Of a stretch of DNA of 64,000 bases, positions 33,601 through 45,500 are shown piece after piece. The position numbers and the translations under genes were made by a program. The DNA lies in the NCBI GenBank assembly GCA_964016885.1, contig OZ024759.1:17236001-17300000 (forward strand), in the 5' to 3' direction. The DNA comes from Eledone cirrhosa. Taxonomy: Eukaryota. Within the stretch, counting starts at the first letter, position 1. Each line of letters starts with the position of its first letter. Below the pieces are notes generated by a model. The model was not told where the DNA came from. It ran no database searches and saw only the letters and a program-made list of their open reading frames with translations.

Positions 33601-36600
33601 ACGGAAAAAACAAAGATAATACATCATTATGTGGAGCGGTGAGAACAATTACACGCAAAGGCAGAGCCCTCTTTGGATTTTAGTCTTAAAATTTATTATT
33701 ACTATATCATCATCATCATCATCCTCGTTTAACGTCCGCTTTCCATGCTAGCATGGGTTAGACTATATATACACACACACACATGGAGGCACATGGCTTA
33801 GTGGTTAGAGCATTGGCCTTGCAATCGAAAGGTTGTGAGTTCAATTCTCAGACCGGGCGATGTGTTGTTTCCTTGAGCAAGACACTTTATTTCACATTGC
33901 TCCAGTTTACTCAGCTGTAGAAATGAGATGATAGGGACTAGGGTCCATATCATTCCACTGCAAAGTGGTCGTGCAGGTGCCACGGCAAAAAAGCACCCAG
34001 CACTCACTGTAAAATGAGGTTGGTGTTAGGAAGGGCATCCAGCTGTAGAAATCAAGCCAAAATCAGTTCCCGTCCCACCCTTGCAAGCAGGGAAAAAGCG
34101 GACGTAAAATGAAATGATGATGATGATGACACACACACATATATATAATATTAGGTATGAATCGAAGTTGTAGCTGCCATATAGCTGGTACTATTCGAGT
34201 TGTTAGATGCAATCACAAACGACTCGAAAGAGCGATATGTTAATACATTAATGGTCCAGAGTAAACACAACAGTTAAAAAGTGTGACACCAAGAAAAACA
34301 ACTGAATTCAGTGGCCATATATATATACCACAACAACAATAAATACAGAAAGGTTGAAATCTAAAATGGGTTCGATTCTTGAGTTGTCTGTTGTGTTCTT
34401 GAGCAAAATACTATATATATATATATATATGTGTGTGTGTACACGTGTATATGGTGGTTGTTGTTGTGTAACCCTTTTTATATATATGTATATGTACATA
34501 TATATATATATAGTAAGAATATTGTTTAATCTCATTTATATATTTTTTGTATATACTCGAATATAAGCTGAGGAATATATGACCAAAAAAAAGTTAGCTT
34601 ATATTGGCCATCTAAACAATGTGTTGATTAGATGCCTCAGCTTATTAGCGGGGTTTTGATTTTTCGCTTATTTCTCAGACATAAAATAGGAGGTAGGGGT
34701 TCGAGTAAATACGGTATATGTGTGTATGCTTATGTTTGAAATATTAACCTAATAATTTGATCCATATTTTTCTCCTGTTGTCAGATCAAGAAGCTATTGG
34801 TCAACAGAAGAAAGAGAAAGAAACAGCAACAGCAGCAACATCTACTGTGGAAACCACAACATCTTACACACCAGATTATGCTGTTGGTTTGGTCACACCT
34901 GCTCTAGCGGTGAGTTATTCATCATCATCATCATTTTACATCTGCTATTCACTGCTTGCAAGGGTGGGACGGGTCCTATTCAGCACAGCATCTCTCCATT
35001 TGTCGGGGTCTTTCATCATCTCCTCTCTGAGGTCAGCTCTCACCACCTCCGCCCATGCTTTTCGTGGTCTTCCTTCCACCGGTCATCCTCCATGCGCATC
35101 ATCATCATCATCGTTATCGTCCATCTTCCACGCTTTCCATACCAACACAGTCTTCTCTCCCACACACTACAGTTTATCCTTCTTATACACTGTAAAGTGG
35201 TTGGTGTTAGGAAGGGCATCAAGCTGTAGAAACCAAACCAAAATCGGTCCAGTGTGAGCTGGAGATGGTCATCTACTCTGGCTTGGCTCACAGCTGGACA
35301 ACTCGTCCAACCCATGCTAGCATGGAAAAGTGGACATTAAATGGATATATATATATATATAATCATCATCATCATCATCATCATCATCGTTTAACGTCCA
35401 TATTCCACGCTTGCATGGGTTTGGACGGGGGTTTTCCCACTTGAGGCAAGAGTGGTTGTCTTGCTCGCATAGGACTGCCTGGCGGGTTTTCTACGGCTGG
35501 ATGCCCTTCCTAACACCAACCACATTTACAGTGTGGGGCTGGGAGGTTTTTACCGTGTTGCCTACACGGCCACATTACAGCGTGGACTGTGTGTTTTTTG
35601 TCGTGACACCTACACGACCTCATTTGTTTCAGGCTGGATGTTGTGACACCAACATAACTTTACATTGAAGGGGTGGGGGTAGTGGGACGGGGGTGTATTT
35701 TGTTAGAGGTGCCTACTGACTGTAGTAGGTTTCACTTTGTACTTAGGTAAGGCGGGTCTTCTCTATTACTGTGTAGCGCTATTTTGGAAGGATTCATGCT
35801 GCCAATAAAAACACGCGCACCTGTTGGTTTTCATTTTAATTTATAAGCTCTTTCATCATACATTGTGACCTCCTCAGTGCCTAATTTTCTTGCATCTCTC
35901 CTTTGGTCTGTCCTACACCATCTTGTTTTTGTGTGTTGTGTTCTCTATATATAGCCATCATGCGATGGATATTATGCTACTCACGTATTTTAAATATTCC
36001 TTTTTGATCTCCTTTCAGAAACTTCCCACTCCTGTAGGAGTTACTTCCACCGTCAGTCTATCAACAACCACACCCACATATGTACCAACAACCAACGCCA
36101 GGTTGCCAGTTGGGACTACTATCTTATCAGGTAAGCTGTGTGCTTCTTAACTCTTAACCCTTTCATTACCACTTATTCCTGAGAGGGTCGTGTAAGCAGA
36201 GTCCCCAATCACGTTTTCCAGTGGGTCATGTCAGAAGCAACCGCCCCCAAATATTCTGGCTGGAGTTACAATTTCATTAATCCTTTAGTGTTCAAACCGG
36301 CCAAAACCAGCCAGAATTCTCTACCTCTTTATGTTGAAACTGGCTGTAACTGGTCACTCAAACTGATGTTAAGGTATTGTTTTCAAAGTCTCATAGATTC
36401 GATATTATGTGAGATAAAGCCTTTACCATGAAAATATAATAGTATATATAGAGTAATGTGAATGCTAAAGGGTTAAGATGATATTTGTAAGGGGTGGAGG
36501 CATGTGGCCTACTCCCCACCATTGCTGTCATTAACCAACAAGGCCCTTGAAATATATAAATGTCATTTTGTGATTTTTCTTATCCTTTTTATTTCCTTTC

Positions 36601-38561
36601 AGTGACTAACACCTCTAATAACACAACTACACAGACTCGGGAACCAATCCAACTCCAGCTACAACAATCACTCGGACAGTCCCAGATCCAGTCAGCTACC
36701 TTACTGCCTGCTACCAACACACCGGCAGTGACAACTGCTATCAGCCAGTCACACACCCTTGTTATTCAGGCCCCTAGCCAGATCCATGCGCCCTCAACAA
36801 TTGCTTCTACTGCCCCAACACAAGTGACCGTTTCCACATCCACAGTGTCCACAGCAAACAGTCAGCAACAAAAGAAATTACTCGTGAATGTAAGTAAACA
36901 ATTCTTTTCCTCTCCAACTCTATTTTTAGCCTTTCAACTTCTGTTTAGACAAGTGTGTGTGTGTGTGTAATTTACTCTGGGTGTGTGTCTCTCTCTCTCT
37001 ATATATATATATAGTTGTGTGTGTGTGTCTTTCTATGGCTGTGTGTATGTTTTAATGTTCCTTGATGTATATATCTATGTTACTATGATGAAGTGTGTGT
37101 GTATATATATATATATGTGTTACTGTAATGCAATGTATGTCACTGTGAAATCATTTATATATGTGTGTTACTGTGATATAGTGTGTGTGTGTATATATAT
37201 GTATGTGTTACTGTGATGTGTATATATATATATATATGTATGTATGTGTTACTGTGATGTGTATATAGGTATGTGTTTCTATGATATAGTGTATATGTAT
37301 ATATATATGTATATATGTGTGTGTGTGTAAATATGTGGTTATTTGGTAATGTTACCATTTCAAATTGATTCTCTATTTCCAGAAAGAACTTGCGGATGAG
37401 GTTATGGAAATATTCAGCGTAGCTAATGAAGTCACTCGTCCAGAGAAAGCATTAATTCTGTCGTTTATGGCTGGATCACGAGGTTTGTATTTTTCTTTAT
37501 CTCATACGAGGGTCAGCTTAAAAGTTCATAGCCTGACCAAGATACTCTGATTGAATGATCAAATGAGGTTTATTTTTCAACATTAGTCCCTGGAAAAAAG
37601 CAATGCAGTTATTAATAAATAGAGTTGAAATTAATGCATACAAGATTTCACAGCTCTAGGATCACTCCTTCATAATCAGCCTGTGAATTTTTTAGCCGAT
37701 CATTGTATATCCTCATATTGTCATTATTGCATCATAAACATGTATTCTCCTATCTGCATAGTGAACATTTATAGAGTTTTTGAATGTTTTGCTAATGTTG
37801 TTTCATCATCAGTATCTTAACTAAGGCAGCAAATTGGCAGAGTCGTTAGAATACTTTGCTGTATTCATTCTGGCTCTCCGAGTTCAGGTCCTACTGAGAT
37901 CAACTCTGCCCTTCATCCTTTCGAAGTCAATAAAGAAAATACCAATCTAGTACTGAGGTCAATTCTTTCTCTATATCTCCTTCTCTGGAAGAAATCTGCT
38001 GTGTTCAGACCTGGTGAGGGTTGGGCTCCACCAGGCTTGAATGCCGTATGCCACTACAACTTCCCTACCATTCCATCAGGAGTTATGGGATGAAACAAAA
38101 AGAACTAGTAGATAGATTGTTGTGAAAATTTGCACTATTAAAGACTTTAATTTTTAATGTGATGCAGTCAGTGCTGTTTTGTGCTTTTGAAGAATGTTTT
38201 GCTGATGTGGTTTGTTAATTCAAATGTTGATGGACAAAAATAAAGATAATTGTGAAAATTTGCTGTATTAGACTAAAGGCATTACTATTTAATGTGATGC
38301 AGTGAGAGCTGTTTTGTGCATTTCAAGAATATTTTACTAATGTGGTTTCATGTTGTAGAAGACGTTATAAATTAATGTTGTGTATATTATTTCGTTGTAG
38401 TCAACCCATGTCCAAAACAAGGAGACATCATCAGTATCTTACTCAGTAAGAACGAGGAGATGCAAATACAACCAGAAGGTACAAAGAAAGTTACAGTAGA
38501 AACCTTCTTCCAAATGAACTATGTTACCGGTGAATGGAAACGCGTTAGTAAAACGCACTGA
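26370..38561 (+). CDS. NELFA: Negative elongation factor A (NELF-A/WHSC2; 11 coding exons, ~565 aa)
   Basis: join(26370-26570,28481-28649,29627-29788,30085-30174,31528-31754,33185-33248,34785-34909,36019-36130,36603-36889,37383-37482,38401-38561) = 1698 nt, GT-AG, phases consistent. Motifs: DTALWLHNKLGSTDDLWS, PVKHFALKRKPKSATLRAELLQKS, EAKRRKK, TPDYAVGLV, VTRPEKALILSFMAGSR, NPCPKQGDII, FQMNYVTGEWKR. Confidence 0.96.
28481..28649 (+). CDS. NELFA: NELFA exon 2
   Basis: WQKEMEEILAIASADSDHWVSTVAEILQTFPETGALKLDLE. Confidence 0.93.
29627..29788 (+). CDS. NELFA: NELFA exon 3
   Basis: MLPIECQFLNKTAL...PVKHFALKRKPKSATLRAELLQK. Confidence 0.96.
30085..30174 (+). CDS. NELFA: NELFA exon 4
   Basis: TEVANNRKNNVNTTVPVKVRNFSKKLDDP; phase fits neighbours. 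Confidence 0.85.
30485..30538 (-). ncRNA. Type I hammerhead ribozyme motif in NELFA intron 4 (antisense)
   Basis: TGACTTTC CTGATGA TTTT-AAAA-GAAT GAAA CAG-ttctagtc-CTG TA GAAGTCA: canonical core, GUA site, weak stem II. Confidence 0.6.
31528..31754 (+). CDS. NELFA: NELFA exon 5
   Basis: S/T/P-rich, ends LRGKEGGIK; donor GTGAGT. Confidence 0.85.
32555..32885 (+). mobile_element. CR1/L2-type LINE 3' end; 3'UTR relic also at ~6435-6630 (-)
   Basis: RGHAYKIRKQHSSHDFRKHFFMLRVAEAWNKLPASVV. Confidence 0.75.
33185..33248 (+). CDS. NELFA: NELFA exon 6
   Basis: LIEIAEQPVGAKEAKRRKKIA. Confidence 0.9.
33275..33707. mobile_element. Family B element in NELFA intron 6, with internal ~90-bp duplication
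   Basis: Left end matches 688-762; right end is the reverse complement of 601-643; preceded by (TA)n. Confidence 0.7.
33783..34128 (+). mobile_element. tRNA-head SINE with RTE-like tail (copies at 2170-2477 (-) and 16470-16762 (-); head at ~62755 (+))
   Basis: A box TGGCTTAGTGG, B box GAGTTCAATTC, core CCTTGAGCAAGACACTTTATTTCAC, tail GGAAGGGCATCCAGCTGTAGAAA...(GAT)n. Confidence 0.8.
34785..34909 (+). CDS. NELFA: NELFA exon 7
   Basis: ...SYTPDYAVGLVTPALA. Confidence 0.9.
36019..36130 (+). CDS. NELFA: NELFA exon 8
   Basis: KLPTPVGVTSTVSLSTTTPTYVPTT. Confidence 0.85.
36603..36889 (+). CDS. NELFA: NELFA exon 9
   Basis: Q/S/T-rich, ends QQQKKLLVN; donor GTAAGT. Confidence 0.85.
37383..37482 (+). 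CDS. NELFA: NELFA exon 10
   Basis: EIFSVANEVTRPEKALILSFMAGSR. Confidence 0.95.
37505..37707. mobile_element. Mariner-like MITE
   Basis: TA-CGAGGGTCAGCTTAAAAGTTCA ... TGAATTTTTTAGCCGATCATTG-TA imperfect TIRs. Confidence 0.55.
38401..38561 (+). CDS. NELFA: NELFA exon 11 (terminal)
   Basis: NPCPKQGDIISILLS...FQMNYVTGEWKRVSKTH*. Confidence 0.95.
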
Positions 38562-41500
38562 ACTGTATTGCCAGTGTATGGAAAATGCGTTAAGAAAACG
38601 CACTGAACTGAAATCATTGAGAGAGCGAACAATCAACCAAATGATGGAGATTGAGAAAATAAAATCATAATTTCTTTTTTTTAAACATGTATAAATTATT
38701 TAATAAGACTATTTACAAAATATAATACATGTGTACATGTACACTCATAAATACATGCAGAAACACACACATACACATGCATATATATATATATATATAT
38801 ATATAATGTGTATATACATTTGTCTCAATTGAACATGTTATATCAACTTATATACGATATCCTAACCTAATGTAAGAGGACATCAAAAGTGTGAAAGTGT
38901 TATGGACAAAGCTTGACGGCGACAATTTAACCATTAACTAACACTTACACCTACCTGCATTTGTTATCTTATGTATTATATAATAGGTGAATTGGCTGAG
39001 TCATTAACTGTTTAGCATTTACATTACTCTATATTTACTATTGTATTTTCATGGTAAACACTCTATCTCACATAATATCAATTTTGATATTATTTATTTT
39101 GAAAACAATACCTTAACATCAGTATGAGCGGCCGGTTAGAACTAGTTTGAACAGAAAGAGATGAGAGAATTCTGGCCGGTTTAAATGCTAAAGGGTTAAA
39201 ATATTGCCATAGTGAACTTTGCTTTTCAGCATTTCAAGGTCGATAGGAAAAAAAGTACCAGTCCAGTACTATGGTCTATTTTTCCTCTATATCTCTTTCT
39301 TATTTCCTGTTTATCATATTCTCTCTTCTTCTCTGGAAGAAATCGTCTGTGTTCAGTCCTGGTGAGCGGTTGGGGTGGGCACAGCAAAGTTTAACCCTTG
39401 AGTAATTATATTACTCTATATTTACTATTGTATTTTTGTGGTAAAGGCTTTACCTCACATAACTATGTCACATAATATCAAATCTATGAGATTTTGATAT
39501 TATTTATTTTGAGAACAAGACCTTACTTAATATGAGTATAAGCAGCCAGTTTGAATGGAAAGAGGTGAGAGAATTCGGGCCAGATATGGCCTGTTAAAAT
39601 ACCCATGACATGCTGTATATCACTATGGCACTCCTACAACTGCATCAGAAGATACAGGTTCATGTATTCATCTATTATATAATACATATATGTTTGTGTG
39701 TGTCTCTCTCTGAGTATAGCAAAAAAAAATTCATTTATCACAACTACCACTACAGAAAATACCAAACTAAGCCCCATGTTGAATGGGAAGATGTTGAGGA
39801 CCAACAAACCTACTAATAAATAGACTACTACAACTACTGCATGATATATTTTGGGACTATTTCTTTTGTGTCCGAATGTCCAATCTATTCTGAAATAGAA
39901 CTCAATGTGGAATTAACGGAAACCGACTTGTGTTGTTTTTGTTCACATTATTAGCCACTCCAGGGTGGTGGTTTGGCAGTATCAGTAGAGCGTCAGACAC
40001 CATGCTTTGCAGCATAGAGTTATGGCCCTTTACGTTGAGTTCAAATCTCGCTCAGATTAACTTTGTCTTTCATCCTTACGGGATCGATAAAATAAAGTAC
40101 CAGTAATGCACTGGGATAATTGCTGGCCTTGTGCCAAAAGTAGAAACTGGCAGTATCAGTAGAGTGTCAAACACCATGCTTTGCAGCATAGAGTTGTGAC
40201 CTTTTCTGTTCTGAAGTTAACTTTGCCTTTTATCTTTATGGGGTTGATAAAATAAAGTACATGTAATGCACTGGGTAATTGCTGACCTTGTGCCAAAAGT
40301 AGAAACAGTATTAGCCACTCCAGGAGTTGGGTGGTGGTAAATGGGCAGATTCATTAGGGTGTCAGGGAAATGTTTAACAGTATTTCTTCAGCTATTATGT
40401 CCTAATTTCAAATCCCACCACGGTTACCTTTGCCTTTTGTCCTAGGAGTTGATAAAATAAAGTACCAGTCATATGCTGGTTAATGTAATTAACCTTTCCT
40501 TTCCAAACATTTCTGATCTTGTGCCTAAATTAGAAACTATTATTTGCTATCCCACATCTTCCTCACTGTCATGTCTCTAACATAGTTAATTTTTTGCTCA
40601 TCTATAGCTTTAAATTTGTCAGACAGCAATCACATTGGGGCACTGTTGCTTTGTGAGTCGAACCATTTTTATTCTTAGTTATATTGGCATAAAATACTTA
40701 AACTGGGTGTATATTAAGGCAAATCAGCAGTCAGCTTTCATCACTATGTCACATGGCCTTCCTCTTTCAACCTTCCATTAACTTTGAGTGTCCTACATTT
40801 CTATATACTGCTGTCATCCTCCATGTGCATCACATGTCCATACTATTGCAGTCTCCTCTCATATATATATATATATATATATGTGTGGTTGAGAGGACCC
40901 TTCTGTTATGATATACATAAATGCACCCAGTACATTCTGTAAAGTTGCCAAACAAAGGATCGAAAGGATTCTGCAGTTGTAATGAAGACATGACAACCTT
41001 CTAGTCCTGGTGTCATGATAAAATGTACTCGGAATGTGAGATCATGTCAAGCCCCCGGCCCACCTAGAGAGAGTTCAGGCACTCTACTTGAGTATTGACC
41101 AGTCTGTGACCCTTGCTAACGGAAAATGGATGCTAAATGTGAGAAGGGCTACATGCACACCCCTTTCCCCTTGATAAAAAAATTCTTTAGAGCAATCCTG
41201 AAGTTCGGATTCTTCCTACAACTCGTAAGCCGTTACCTTCCCCCAGTCTCAGAAGCCCTAGAAAAGCTCATGAATGCCATCCTTCCTCTTTTCAATAGGC
41301 CATAAGACTGACAAATTTTGCCCCACATTCTTTCCTCAGAAATTGAACTCATAATGCAGTAGTACAAATCCCAGTTCTCTCTGGTGTATTTATTTAATGC
41401 AATGATCTGTTATTTATCACCAAATTCTCCATTTACCTAGGCCTTCTTCAACTTCAAGTAATCTTCTCATATGTATTTCCTGCTGAAGAAATGCAATAGC

Positions 41501-41849
41501 CTGATTGCGTAGTTCTCTTCATACTGCAGTTTTAATAACTGTGGTAGGCATAGAAATGGAAGCTGTCCAGGAGTTAGATATATGAGGTATCTTTACCAAA
41601 ACACTGCCACTGCCCTCATTGAATAACTATAATGTATGCAGTTTCACAACTGCAAGCTTTATTGTCTCATTGAGTAGATAACGGCTGGAGGCCACTGAAA
41701 TAACTTTGGTGACTTTCATAAACTGTATTATATATATATATATATAGTTAAAAGTTATCGCCTGACAGCATGAATTCTATCATCAGGCACTAACCTTTTC
41801 ACTGTACATACACTACTTTCCCAAGTATCTAGTATTTAGCTGAATGCCA

Positions 41850-42541
41850 CTAGTTATTTTGTTTCTCAAAATAACGATAAATATTTAGTACTGAAGACAT
41901 TCTACTAGCAGAGTGGGGATGCAATTTCAGCAGATATTCAAGGTTTTTCACTTGATTGTCAAGAGCGACCTTTTTTTCTTCAATGAAATAACTGCAGACA
42001 GATACCAGCCATTGATAGTTCCGATCTTTATAGTCTACAAGTGATGAACTGGAAGCAGGTAAATATGTATTGTCGATGTGAAGTGACTGTAATTTCGCCT
42101 GTAAGTGGTTGCAGTTATTTGTCTCCACTGACTTTCTCTTGCCCTCTCTCAGAGTCTTCACCACAACTTTGCGAGCCAGTACCCTAGGTTTCTTTTGAAC
42201 AGGTGCAGAACTAAAAAGATCCATCTGACTGTATTCAGTCTCTTCATTGGTATCACTGTTTTCCCATTCTGTTGCTGACTGAATAGTAGAGCCTGACAAT
42301 TTGTAAGGGTTCTGGCGAAGAAAGTCTTTAGGTTGACTTTTGTAAGCAATGGAGCATTGGCGAAATTCCAAATTGCAGTTAACGGGGACACAAATGGGGG
42401 AATTACTGTTAACAGAGATATCTGATGACATAGGAAGATCTCTTGAAATTCCAGAGTCTCCCTTTTGAGAAACCGTCTCTCTGCACTGGTCGGCAATGTT
42501 GTTGAAAAGGCTACTTATAGAATCATGCAGATCTGTTTTCT
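41850..42541 (-). CDS. TAF1B: TAF1B exon 13 (terminal)
   Basis: Long open frame KTDLHDSIS...YQWLVSVCSYFIEEKKVALDNQVKNLEYLL...*. Confidence 0.88.
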
Positions 42542-45500
42542 CTGTAAAATAAATATAAAGGGGAAAAACAATGGAAATAATTATGAATTGCACATGCATG
42601 GGTATGTGGTTAAAACGTTCACACATGCATCTATGGAAGAATCCATCTAGATTCTTGTCACCCATTAAGGTGGCTGGATGCAGATACAAAACATACAAAA
42701 GCATACTTAAATTACAGTTGTTGGATGTAAGTACCAGACTTGAAAACAGTAAATAAGTGTTTGATGTGATGGACTAAATCCCTTTATTATGGTGCCCTAT
42801 CAAGGTCACAATCTGATTACTGAAACCAGTTAAATAAAACGTAAAATTCAAGATTTGATACAGAAACACATCCATGTTGCTGAGAAAATATGGAAGTTGT
42901 ACAAGATAACAAATCGGTTATTTTCAAATCAGGATTCAAATATGATATCCTGATCCAACCAAAACCAGCTCCCAGCTCTAGTTCTATATTCGATGAAATG
43001 AACTCATCTCTGCCTAGGTTGTCCTCAATCTTCTTTTACTGTAGCTTACTTCTCATGGCACTTCTTCACCCAGCGATCATCCATAGCCATCACATGTCCA
43101 TACCAGTACAGTCTTCTTTCTTAGACACTACATCTGATTCCTCTTATATTCAATTTTTCTCTCAGTTCATGCACACTAACATTGCACCAACAAAACAAAC
43201 TCATTTCATTTCTCTCCATCCACAAAAAGTGACAACATATAAATGTCTTAATTATTTTGAGGCCCTTGTTTGGTCGATCAGGGAGGTGACCTGGGCTTAA
43301 ACAGCAACTGATAAAAATAGAAACTCACTTTTAACATTGACTGAGACCCGAGTGTTATAGCGGGATGATGTTTTACAGTGATTGATAAACCGGTCTAAAT
43401 CTTGGACGATGGTTGTGTCACTGAAGTAGAGAAAAACATTGAAGATTATTTAGTGTATATGTATATATATATATGTATATAGTTGACCCTGACGGGATTT
43501 GAACTCAGAGCACGTAATGAGGTAGGACAAATACGTAAAGCATTCTATTCGACGTCTTAATGACCGTCAATTCGCCAGAGTCAACTTTGTCTTTCATCTT
43601 TTTTAGGTCAATATAAAAAGTACCAGTCTAGTACTGGGTTGATTTATCCTCTATAGAAAAAATTGGTTGTGTTTAGAACTGGAGAGGGTTGGGCTCTGCC
43701 AGGTTTAAAAGTGCCCTAGACACACTGTTTGACTGTGCCTCTATGCCTCCTCCTCTATATATATATAGAGAGAGAGAATTATGGTGTTTGCTCCAACATA
43801 GCAGTATACATACATGCATGTAAAGTTTGTATATCGAATACTATATGTTCTTGCTTCTGCTGGAACAGGGTAGGTGATACCAGCCACCACCATTAAAATT
43901 CATAGCTAAAGTCTTTCAAATGTTTATTTGTATCGGTTGTAAACAGAATCAGTTCCCGTCCCACCCTTGCAAGCAGGGACAAGCGGATGTAAAAATGATG
44001 ATGATGATGATATCGTGTAGGAGACACAGTAAAAAGGCTCCCAGTCCACACTGTAAATGTGGTTGATGTTAGGAAGGGCATCCAGCCATAGAAAACCTGC
44101 TGGAAACAGTTCTGTACGAGCGAGACATGGTCACTCCAACAATCTGGCCTGTGCTACCATGGAAGATAAACGTTAAACGATGATGATGATATGTCGAAGT
44201 GATAGTCTTGAACACTCAGCCACTTCACACTACAGAAAACGGAATAAGCAACGGCCTGATCAGCCTCTAGGTCTGAGACAGACTTTAGATAGGGTGAAAG
44301 AGTCATTCAGTGGGAGTTGATAGAAATAAAGGAAGAACAGAATAGGTGAAGGAAGAAGCAGTTCCCTTTCCCTTACTTACCATGGCTTATGTGTTTCTTG
44401 TTGGAGTCTCAAATCGATGGCTGTTTTTGTCATGTGACTAACCCAGTTTTCCCAAATAAATATGTTGTCATCTGAAAAATTTGAAAACAATTAGAACACA
44501 CAAGATGTCAAATGAAGATGAGAGTGTGCCCAGGTCTTTCTTGGCCTTCCTCTACTGCAGCTTCCTCCCACTGGGAGCTCCTGGCACTTCTTCCACCCAA
44601 TGATCATCCTCCATGCTTACTTATCACATGGCCAAGCAGGTACAGTCTTCTCTTCTCTCTTGCACACTACATTTGATTCCTCATATATTCAGTATCTCTG
44701 TCTCTCTCTCTCAGCACATTGATGCTTTGCTATTCATTACACATCCATTGAAGCATACTCACTTCATTTCTCTCGACCCTTCACATATCTTCTGCATTTG
44801 ATGCTTATGTCTAACTTCCATGCAACGTCACACTTCACCTGAATGTACATCATCAACTAATTTCCTCTATTCCATGCTGGCATGGGTTGAACAAGTTGTT
44901 ACACACCAGATCTTCTTACTCAAGTTTATTACTGTCTTCACAGAAGGGTAGCAGACTATATCTCGCTTACATACATATTTTTGATATTTCAGAAATCTTA
45001 CCTTCTGCTATTTTGGCATATTCAGCAGCAAAAGTGGATAATTTGCTAAATTTGGGATGAAAGAACAAAATAGAAAAAGAGAGAGAGAAATTATTCAACT
45101 GTCTAAATTATCATTATTGTAACCCTTTTGATACCAACCCAGTCATAACTGATTTTGGTTCTGGTTTTATGAAACAAAACAACACATGTTGAAGGGTTTC
45201 TATTTAAATCAAAAACTTCTAACATAATTTTGAACAAAAACTTTTTAGTGGGGAGTAGGTGTCACAATGTAAACCACCCAGTCCACACTGTAAATCTGGT
45301 TGACATTAGGAAGGGCATCCAGCCATAGAAATCAAGCCCAAATCAGTCCAGTATCAACAAAACACGGCCATGTTATCTAGCTTGTCTCACAGTAGGATAA
45401 CGAATGACTGGAGTCGTTCCATGTAGAGCTGCTACTTCTCCTAATTGAGAGATCACAGCTCCAATACAATGGGCATGTGGTTAGAATGTTGCAGGAAAGA

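Noticed and set aside
33783-33860. tRNA-like sequence with A/B boxes (also ~2400-2477 and ~16690-16762)
   Set aside because: SINE head running directly into the SINE body; no intact acceptor stem, so not called a tRNA gene.
42542-42704. N-terminal extension of the 284-aa ORF
   Set aside because: Intronic; a strong acceptor before 42541 joins in phase with upstream TAF1B exons.
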